Below, piece by piece: positions 1 to 9,870 of a DNA stretch of 64,000 nucleotides. A model generated the notes under the pieces. That model did no database searches. It saw nothing but the letters and a program-made list of their open reading frames with translations, and was not told where the DNA came from. Position numbers and translations under genes: made by a program. Position 1 is the stretch's first letter, and every line of letters starts with the position of its first letter. Source of the DNA: Nageia nagi. Its lineage: Eukaryota; Plantae; Pinophyta. The stretch is taken from positions 80,972,001 to 81,036,000 of the forward strand of contig JBITNC010000001.1 of NCBI GenBank assembly GCA_050084985.1, written 5' to 3'.

Positions 1-41
1 CCTATCCTTAAGAAGTGCAGGGATAGTTCAATTAACACCGT

Positions 42-59
42 TCCCCAGCAACAGCATCA
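42..59 (-). promoter_or_regulatory. Degenerate tRNA-Asp primer-binding site of an Athila-like Ty3/gypsy element
   Basis: Minus strand reads TGATGCTGTTGCTGGGGA versus the canonical TGGCGCCGTTGCCGGGGA (4 transitions). It follows the LTR end ...CTCATCA after a short T run. Confidence 0.7.
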
Positions 60-63
60 AAAA

Positions 64-1571
64 TGATGAGTAAAATAATGGTATTCCAAATTCCATCAAA
101 GCTATCACTACCCTTCCCCTAGTGATCCTTTCACCTGTTATCGTGAAGGGGCCAGTTAACTCGTAGAGCTGGTACTCCAACACTCACAGCAGATTTTAGT
201 TTCCTCTCACTAGTCTTGGAAGACAATATCTGACTCCTTCATTTAGTTAATCAATCCGGGCGGTGTTCAAGGCTATATGCTATTGAACTCTGTTCTCTCA
301 GCTGTATCTACTTCAAATAAACATTGTAGAAAGCAAATATGCAGAATGGAAAGTTGCAAAATTGAAAATACAGGAATCTTAAATGCTGAAAGAAATATAC
401 ACTTGAAATCATCACACTGAGTGTAAACTCACACCTAAATTAAAAGAACAATAAAATAAAAGTGTCTTCTACCATTTGGAGTGGGCCCTTGCTTCTCTTG
501 GTGGAAGACTTAGAACAACTCAGAACTGGAAACTCTTAACAGATCACTCTATTATTGCGTACAATTTGTCTTGCACAGAATGTGCTTGACGAATATAATA
601 CAAAGTTTTATTCTCAACAATCTACACACAATACTTCCTTAATTTTCTAACCCCTTCCCCCCCCCCACCGTCAACAACTGAGGTATAAATATCCTCTGTT
701 GTTTAACAATAGGCTGGCCAAGAATAACAATAATTTGAACAATATTCTGTTATAGAAAACAGAATCAGTTATTCCACCAGCTAGCTAATGCTAAAATTAA
801 CATGCTAACAGTGCCCACGTCTTATCTAAGGAGAGCTGCAATCTCTTAAGAAAAGGGTGGCTCATCTCAACAAGTCAACACTATCCTATTTACATCATAA
901 GTAGTTTATTATGCCTAATTTAGAGTCAAAAATACTCCATAAAACGAATCATATCTGACTATATCTAATGTGTTGGAGCCATGCTTCTATATACTATATC
1001 TAGAGCAGCTCACATCACATAAATATCTAGATTATACAAGGCTAGAATAGAGCTGACAATATAGTCAATACTGACAGTCAATTTCTCAAATTTGGGTTTG
1101 GAGCAGGAGCTCCGGACAAGTCTGGAATAGAAGCTTCGGACGAGTCTAAAATAGAAGCTCCAAATGAGTCTAGAATAGGAGCTCCGAGCAAGTATGGAAC
1201 AGAAGCTTCGGACGAGTCTGGAACAGAAGCTCCAGACAATACAACTCTACTTTACCAAATGAGGCGTCCAATGTGTCCGGAGCAATGTATACAAGTGCAG
1301 AATCTATTTAGAATACTTCCTAACAATACTTGCAACTCATCTGAGTTATCAACCATCATTCCGTGGAGCAAAGACAAGCATTTTGGTTCAAACAAACACA
1401 CAAAATAGAATCAGTATTAACAAAATACTAATATAAGGAAAGTATGCATTTAACCATATATGAAGCAACTAAATAGTCCAACAGTTACAATTAATTCATC
1501 CCATAATGTCCAAATATACAAAATGAACCATCAAACAGTACCAAAAACCAGGTAATTACTGAGACTCATCA
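64..1571 (-). mobile_element. 5' LTR (1,508 bp) of an Athila-like retrotransposon extending beyond the window start, inserted in a hAT transposase
   Basis: Perfect 8-bp terminal inverted repeat TGATGAGT (64-71) / ACTCATCA (1564-1571), PBS adjacent at 42-59, and the hAT reading frame resumes right after 1571. Confidence 0.75.
1102..1238. repeat. 24-bp minisatellite (~5.5 copies, consensus GAAGCTCCGGACGAGTCTGGAATA) inside the LTR
   Basis: Directly visible tandem units. Confidence 0.85.
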
Positions 1572-1990
1572 CATTACAGATGCAAGCCCTGTTTGTAAGA
1601 GAGAAGGTAAATTGGTAGAGTCCACTTTTAATCATATTTATTGGACTCCATGTTGTATGCATGCTTTGAACAATACTTTGAAAGATATTGGAAAGATAGA
1701 ATGTGTGAAGGATATAGTTCAAGAGGCTAGAAAGATGCAAATGTTTATTTGTAACCATCACACATCAATGGCCTTGTTTCGGTGTTTCTCAAAGAAGAAG
1801 TTCATCAAACCTGCTGAAACAAGATATGCCACATATTACTTTCTCTTGGAGAGGATGCTTGAGTTACAGCAGCCACTCCAATCCATGGTAGTGTCATCAG
1901 AATGGAAGAAGTGGAAGGAATCTAAGTCAGATAACGGAAAAGCACATAAATTGAAAATCTTAAATGATAGTTGGTGGGATGAAATTAGGT
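1572..1990 (+). pseudogene. hAT transposase fragment (DUF659/RNase H-like core)
   Basis: ITDASPVCKREGKLVESTFNHIYWTPCCMHALNNTLKDIG...KPAETRYATYYFLLERML...ILNDSWWDEIR has the typical hAT CxxH and TR(F/Y)AT motifs. It ends at an AG|GTAAAT donor at 1989 and is truncated on both sides. Confidence 0.85.
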
Positions 1991-3929
1991 AAATGAAGTT
2001 TCATTTTAAATTTTTTGTTATTGATTGTTTATCGGGATCTCCAGTTTGGGCCTACCTTTTGGGAGGCCCAAATTGGAGATCCCGATAATGATTGTGGGAA
2101 TCCCAAGACTCATATATGTATTAGAGAGTCACTTATATGCTAGAGCCAGGCCTGGATAGGCCCCCACACCCCCATGTTGGCTCAATTATTCTCCTAGACC
2201 CCACATCAGCCCTCTTCCACATCATGGGCATGCGTGGCACTCCCTGACCCAGTCGTTGGCACTTAATACCCTTGGGACCCCACGTTGGCATGTCTAGCCA
2301 TTAGACACCCATGTTGGGCATTTCGAGCCCCTAGGAAGCCAACGTTGGTATAAGAGTTGGATGGTGATTCCTAGACAAGACCTTGATAGGACAAAGTATA
2401 AATAGACACAAAGGGCTCATTATTGAACACACTTGATCATTACTACGTTAATTCTCCTATTTCGTCCAATGGACAAGACATTAACGGAGCGCTAATTGTA
2501 TTCCTTAGGTGGAGCACCTAAGAGGGTAGCCATGCGTTGGGATCTTGACTATCTACGGCTTTGGTGGAGCACCATAGCCCATCCAATGGTACTCGAGGGT
2601 TTATTCCTACCGTTTAGTTAGTTGACCAGAGATCGAGGAGAGCTCCTTTAGTGGGGAGGAATTGAGATTTGAGGGTATAGATCTATCCTATGGTTCTAAG
2701 GTAATTGCAGATTGTTATCATTGTGTTCAGCTTGGCTCTTAAGAAGCCCACGATTGCCCTAGGAGGGTTTGTATGATTTTGTACTACTCCATATTTGAAC
2801 ATACTCGATAAGGGTTCCTGGCTCTCATATTGTGTTGTCTTATGCATGCGTTGGCTCATTGTGATTTCTCATACTTGTATTTCTCCTACGTTGTGTTGTG
2901 CCCGCACAACACACCCCAAGAAGCAACATTTTGGGGACCCAATTTTTTCAAACGACAATGAGCAACATTGCTTGGGTATGATCAACTTATGACCGATATA
3001 AATACCCAGAACAGTGAATTGATCAAACAATGCACAAGCATGCCCAGGAGTCATGGAAACAGTTCAACTCAGCCATTGGCCAAGTCAAAGCGTGGTCTCG
3101 AGCAGTGTCTCAGAGGATGGAGTTGTGGATTGCAACAGCAACCAGACAGTGGAGTTTTGAGCGAATGGTCATTTGGGCAAAAAAGGTGTCGTTTTGGCAA
3201 AGTTGAGCAACAAAGGTGCCAAGACGACAAAAGGTGCATTTTTCGTTGAGTTTGCGCCCAAAAGCAATGGATACAGTTAAGATGACGAAAATGCGCGTTT
3301 TTGCACAAACTGAGCTCGGAAAAGGCATCTACAACCAAAAAATGCATTTTTGTCAATTTTGAGCCAAGGGAGCCAGAAAATGGTTAGTAGCACGGAAAAG
3401 TGCATTTAGGTCAATTTTGAGCCCAAAAGTGGTCACTATGCTCAAAATGTGCGTTTTTTGCATGATTGGAACCTGGAAAACTCGAAAATGACCAAAAATG
3501 CAAGTTTGAGCTCAAAGTGCTTGAAAATGCCCGGAAAGGCTAGAAATGAGCATTTTTGCATATCGAGTCCAGAAAGGCCAACAATAGACTTTGAGCTCAA
3601 AATGTCGGCAATGCCGGAAATAACCGTTGTTTCATCGTTCGAGCTCGAAAATGTCCGAAAATGGTCAAAATTCATACTTAGAGCCCGAAAATGCCGGAAA
3701 TGGCCGGAAATGCACCGTTTGGGCCCGTAAAAGATGAAGAAGGTCAAGAATGTACAGTATAGCCCGGGATGAATGAGGAAAACAAGTTTGAGCGCCCTTG
3801 TGGGCCAAGATCATGAAATGAGCATTTTGGCCTCCGAAAAGCTTTGATTTGAGCCCAAAAATTGAGTTTTTTCCAGAGTGCTCGAAATGAAAAGCCGAGA
3901 GAGAGGTGTGGTGCCAAATGACAAATTAA

Positions 3930-5470
3930 GGTCACTTTACTCTTGGAAATTTCGAAAAAACTCCATTTTTGACCCCCAAAAAGTTAGGGGGGAGTTTTGC
4001 AAGTTTTCCCTTAGTAAATTTCAAAAAATAGCCTATTCCCCTCAAAACCTACGCCTACCTTTTGGGAGGCCCAAATTGATTCGAAATGGCAATTTTTGAG
4101 CTCAGGAGAGTGGGGATCGCAATTCTACATCAAATTGGTCTTTCAAGTTCATGATTTCGATGAGATTTGCTCCACCGAAAGTAAGAAAAACAGGAAAATG
4201 AGCAAAAAGGCAGCCAATGAGAATGCTCCAAGATTTCCAAAATTCCCAAAAGTGTCAAAATGAAAATTTAAGAGTGAGGTAGGGTGGCAAATCAAAAACT
4301 AGGCACCTTGCCTCATGGAATTTTCGAAATTGAGCAAATTTTGACCCTCCTAGAGCTATGCACTGGTCTTGGGTGTTTTCCCTTATTTTTCAAAATCTTC
4401 AAAACACCCCAAACATCCTAAAACATGCACCTAGCCTTCTTGTGCCCTAAATTTGAAAAAAATTGAAAATTTTGACCTTCAAGGGGTATAGGATGGGATT
4501 CCACACAAGGTTGATGATTTGACTTTTCTAAAAAAATAAAATCTACCTCCTCAAATCATCAAATTTCGATTGACCAATGAGAGGGCTCAAAATTTTCCAA
4601 AATTGGTCAAATCAAAAAAGGAAAGTGAGGTAGGGTGCAAAATTCAAAGGAGATCAACATTGCCTCTTGCAATGTTGCAAAAAAATCAAGTTTACCCCCT
4701 CAAAAAGCTAGGCAGCAGTTTTGGCTTGTTTCCCCCATTTTCTAAATTTCCAAAAAAACATGCCAAAGCCCCTAAAACCTGTGCCTAGCTTGCAAGCCCT
4801 CATTCTTGCTCTAAAATCAAAATTTTTGAGCCTAAGAGTATGGGAAATCCAATTTTGCATCTCTTTCATGTTTTAAGTTTTTGGAAAAAAGTTGATCTAC
4901 TCCCTCAAAATCCCAAAATTTGGACCAACCAATGGGAGAGCTCCAAAAATTTCAAAAATCCCAAAAACAAAATTGGAAAGAAAGATAGGGTTGAAAATCC
5001 AAATGCAAGCATCTTTGCCTCTTGCAAATTTGCTCAAAAACTAATTTTCGCCCCTTAAAAGGTAGGCATTGGTTTTGCAAGTTATCCCCCATTTTTTCAT
5101 TTTTCAAAACTTGCCTAAACATCCTAAAACCTGCGCCTAGCCTCCTTGGTCCCTAAAAGTGCCCAAAATTGCAATTTTTCACTTCTATGAAGTAGGTGGT
5201 GCGATTCTACACCATTTTGATCTATCATTTGTACAATTTGGTTCACACAAACTCCTAAAAACCACCTTTTGCATTCAAAAAAGATCTAAGGGCAGAGAAA
5301 ATTAAAAAATCTCAAAATTCAAAATCCAAATCTGAAGCATGTAGGTTGTAGAGCATTCCAAGGCCATCATCTTTGTTTCCAAGACCCCCCATGTTGTTCC
5401 AAAACAGCCCCTTCCACACTTAGGTGCAGGTTTTGGGTTATTTCCCCATTTTCCTCCACTTTTCCAACGT
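3930..5470. repeat. Diverged ~355-360-bp tandem repeat, ~4.5 copies
   Basis: Recurring blocks (TTGCCTCTTGCAA...; CCTAAAACCTGCGCCTAGC; CCAATGAGAG..CTCCAAAATTTCCAAAAT) at about 3935, 4305, 4660, 5015 and partially 5370. Confidence 0.8.
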
Positions 5471-5560
5471 TGGGTTTGAGAGAGAATAGTCCAAAGTGCA
5501 AGTGTTGAGCTCTAGGGTTGATGTGGAAGTGACATGTGGCACTTTTAACACCCCTAGGTC

Positions 5561-5568
5561 TATAAATA
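5561..5568 (+). promoter_or_regulatory. Putative TATA box for the internal ORF of the 8-kb element
   Basis: CTATAAATA followed by a pyrimidine-rich initiator-like region, directly after the tandem array and ~860 bp upstream of the ORF ATG. Confidence 0.45.
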
Positions 5569-6419
5569 TGATCATAACCCCTCCACTTTGCTCACCTATC
5601 ATTTTTGCACCTTTATGCTACCCAAATTTTTGAGAATTTGAGAGCCAAGTGAGAAAAGAAGCCATTTTTCAGCTTTGGAGGATTTTTCAAACACTTAGCA
5701 TCTTGGCCATTTACCCAACCTCCATTAAAATTCGAAATCCATGCATCCTCCATCCACATGAACTCCATTTTTCCAAGTTTTGAGGATTTTTTTACAAAAA
5801 CCCATTTTTCAAACCCTCAAACACTTGAAAATTTATTTTTTCAGATTTCAAGTTTGATTACTTTTTTGGATACCCTTTATTCATGGAATCAACTTTTATT
5901 TCCAGCTAAAAAACACAAAAAAATTCATAAGATCCAAGATCTGAGTGCTCAAAGTTCTCATTTCTTGAAAAAAATCCAAAAAAATTTCAGAAAACTGTAA
6001 AAATGTTTCTGAAATCCGTTTTGTCCGTTTCAAAGTCTGAAATACCTTCCCCATTCATTCCCCATCCATCTAAATTGTTAGAACTTGATTCCGGCACCAT
6101 TTGCCAATTTTGCCAAATTTCACCATTTTTCTTGTTGAAAAAGTCAACTTTTTTTGAGAAAAACTTGAAAATTCTCCAATCATCTTAAATTTTTGCCAAG
6201 GCATTCCCCTTTGAGGCAGCTACCTTTGTGTCACCTTAAACTCACCTAGAAGGCTTTGAAAATTGAAAAATCTTGATATTTTTCAATGATGGCACACTTA
6301 AAGAAAAAAATGCCCAAAATCCCAATTTTTTGAAAAAAAATCTCTTAGCTTGCCTAGAAAGTGCCACAAGCTTCCCAAGACTCCTCTAACACTGTGTTGT
6401 TGTCTTAGACAGGAACAAG

Positions 6420-9400
6420 ATGGCATTAGTTTCTCAAAATATCAAAGATAGAAAGCAGAAAAGGCTCACAATGGATAGTCCCATCACTCTTGAACATACA
6501 TCAGAGCTTGTGATGCCCATCGCAAGAATCATTGACCAACTGAGTGAGATCGGAGATACAGATTGTAACTCCCTAGATCCAATTAAAACTCTAATGAAAA
6601 TACATACATTGGATTCAACTTCGATAGTGAAGGACACCTTGAAAACTTCCTTACTACTATCAGCTTCTATGGTGCCATTTGCCACCCCCTTCCCTGAGTT
6701 GTGCTACGAGCTAGGAAAGCATTGCGACATCCGAGAGTAGAGACTCCTTGATAGAAGAAACAAGGTAATCATGGACTTCTCTGAGGAAGGAATAGAAAGG
6801 GCATTCGCTTGAAAAGGCGAAGGCCTATCATACAGTGTGCAAGACTCCTTAAAGCTCTACAAGAGTCTGAAACCTCTAGCTGATTTGATCAAAGATTGGT
6901 TGGCCAATGACCGCAAGCATCTCACAGGGAGAGCCTTAGCAATGCCAAACAGATGAGAGTTCTATCCAGTAGTCTCCAGACAAATATCCATGCTTTCCAA
7001 AGTGACCGGACGGAAACATGATACCAAATTCTGGCCGGAATTCGCAAGGTTTATAGAGCTAATCAGTAGCGGTAAAGGTGTTAGGTGGAGCAAGGTAATT
7101 AGTGATTCCTTGGCTCAGCAACTGAAACACATTCAGAAGAGCAAGAAATTCTATATGAACTCCTACCTAGTTTTCCTACTACTTCATGGTAAGGAGAGGG
7201 TAACTTCAATCGCCAATACCCAGTATCTGTACAACCCTACACATCCAGTGTGGGAAAATTACCCCCGGTTCTATGCTCATAATAAATGGAATACTGGAAA
7301 CTGGATGATGATGATCGATAGTTTTGAAGGCAAAATTTACGAAGAGATCCTAGGCAGAGCCAACGTATTCAGAATATCCAAAGAGGTTGCTGCCCCTATC
7401 AAAGGACATGCGGACTTCTTTGCAGAAGACATAGAGTTCACCTACCTCAGGGTCTATGGCTCCAAAGAAGCCCCTTCAAGGCTACCCCGTTATGCAAGTG
7501 ATCGTATCATCCTTATGGAATTTTCAAGACACTTGCTAAATGTACATGGCAAGGTATGGGTAAAGAAGGCAGCGACTACTTACCAATTACCTATTGTCAT
7601 CGGGAATTATGAATGCACCACCTGGTGACAGATTGAAATGATCAAACAAGAACTAGTGTTGTATGAATTCCCGACAGAAGTAACGAATCACTATGATCCC
7701 GATGGAGTGATTGATGCATTCTTCCAAAAGACTTGGAGCTCATCATACCCACACCAGTCCCTTGGTAGCATCGAGAGGTACAGGAACATTCAAGATGCCC
7801 TGCAGGTTCAACGGATTCACAAGGAGCTAAAAAAAGAACAAAAACAGCATGAAGCAGAAGAAGCTGCCAGGTTAAGAGCCAATGCATGGGTCACCGTACC
7901 CCCAAGCCTCAGGTATGTTATTCCCATAATATCCCCTTCAGTAACCTTGGCTCAAGGACAGAACGGGTAGTATGCTACCAATAGCATCCCCGGACAAACC
8001 ATTGAAACAACTATCACGAGTATGAGGAATGAAATCCTAGACCTTAGAACAGCAAGCCTGATCTCTCAACCATTCAAACACTTGCAAAAAAAGATAAATC
8101 TCCCGCAAGGTTTGAATCGGAGTGGTGTGCGCCTAAATCAAAACCCCTGCACATCATCATTCAGTTCCGATAAATATGGACCGAGTGACTCGTCAGAGAC
8201 CAATGAAGAGATGGATTTTGTTGTGGAGTCATCAACACCGACATGGAGATAAACCAAGATACTACCTTTGAGCGGGTCAACACTGATCATTCAGTAGAGA
8301 TCCTTAGCAAAGGCCATCCCTCAGTCGATATGATTGTACAGCAAGCAGTAGGAATAAATACCCCAAGATCTGCTCCTCGGAAATAGGCATCGCAAACGCA
8401 ACCATCTCGGAGGACCACAACAACATCAGCTTAGAAGGGTACTTTAAGACCTAGGACAATGGCATCATCTTCAGGGGGAGATGATAGAAATCAGAAAGAT
8501 GAGGGAGAAAATGAAGAACAGAGGAGAAAAAGAAGACAAGTAGAGCATGACGTCGAGATCATCGAAGACGGAGAGATGGTTCCCTACAGAAAACAACCTA
8601 TGGAACCCCGCTTCGACATGGCTGCAGTGATGACCAGTTTGAGTTCAAATCATCTCTACGAAGGAGAAGATTCCGAAGATGAAAATGAGGAACTTCAGCA
8701 GATTGATACTCTTATGACCACTGTAGGAAAAGTCACCTACAGGGACAAGCTCTACTCAAGGAAAAACAAGGTTGGTACCGGAAAGTTTCCCCTCACCATC
8801 AAGAAAGAAGAGGCCCCTGCAGAGATTGTTGGCCCATTGGGAATGGAGCACAGCATCATCACAAATGCCCGGGCATTGAGGGAATCCGGTACATTATTGA
8901 AGTTAGAGAACCGAGAGCTGAAGAAGATAGTGGCGAGGCAGGAAATAATCAACAAAGAAGTTAGGGTTGCTAATTTGATAGTTGAAGACATCAAAAAGCA
9001 AGTTGACTTAAATATTGGAATCACCGCCCTGAAACAACGTGGACCAAGAACCTTATTGAGGCCATCAAAGCACTCCACTCAAGCATGGTAAATTTTTATA
9101 GTAAGGAGGAGGGCTCAGGAGGAGAAAATAGACCAATTGATACGCAAATGGAAGAATGGGTACCCTACAATGCTAGACCTACGGAGAAGGGAAACCCATC
9201 ATCCTTTCGTGTTGGATTTTTGTATAGATTGGTTCCAACTGTACGATTACTTGTTCTATATCAAAGCCAAGTCCACCGACTTCATATGCACCAAAACCCA
9301 ACTCAAAGTTGTCATCAGTGAACAGGCAAGGAAGTACGAATTCCTAGTACCCTTGTTTGAGGAAAACGACAGCATTAAGGAGTATATGACAATGATCCAC

Positions 9401-9559
9401 GCCACTATCGCAGAGCAAATATGTTCCGAGGATCCACACAGCTTGAAAATAGGAAAACAAATGATAGGAGGGATGAGACTGGCTGATTGGAGCAAAGAAA
9501 TGGTCAAAACCAATAAGGCCATCCTGGAGCACCTGCTATCAAATGAAGAAGCCCTCTAG
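6420..9559 (+). pseudogene. Decayed ~1,045-codon retrotransposon accessory ORF of unknown function
   Basis: Track ORFs 6420, 6990, 7638 and 8022 share one frame, and 8459 and 9137 share a second. They are separated only by isolated in-frame stops and one frameshift near 8200-8250. Architecture: globular N-half (WSKVISDSLAQQL..KKFYMNSYLVF; YLRVYGSKEAPSRLPRYASDRIILMEF; HYDPDGVI), acidic linker, coiled-coil-like segment and helical C-terminus. Confidence 0.8.
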
Positions 9560-9796
9560 ACAATCCACCATGCCATCAGGAATGGAGAAGCGTTCATGGG
9601 AGATGACTTTAAAACCAAAATCGCCACAAACGTGCAAGTCATCTTCCCACAATTGCCATAATAGAAAGGGGTCTATTCTAGCAAGTTTTTGATATGTAAG
9701 CCAAATATTTGGCCAATTTAGTGGATTTCCACTAGGTCCAATTGTAATCTCTATTTAGCATTTTTAATTAGCTTGTAATTAGCTTTTAATTTTGCA

Positions 9797-9870
9797 ATTA
9801 GGGTTAGGGTTTTGAAACTCATTTCTAGGGTTTCAAAAGTCATTTTTAGGGTTTCCAAACTCTATAAGTA
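9797..9870 (+). promoter_or_regulatory. Putative LTR promoter: three TAGGGTTT telo-box motifs followed by TATAAGTA
   Basis: The motifs are visible ~1 kb before the CAACA end, where the U3/R boundary would be expected. Confidence 0.5.

Noticed and set aside
1102-1238. Regularly spaced repeats resembling a CRISPR array
   Set aside because: Head-to-tail units with no unique spacers, in a eukaryotic LTR, with no cas genes.
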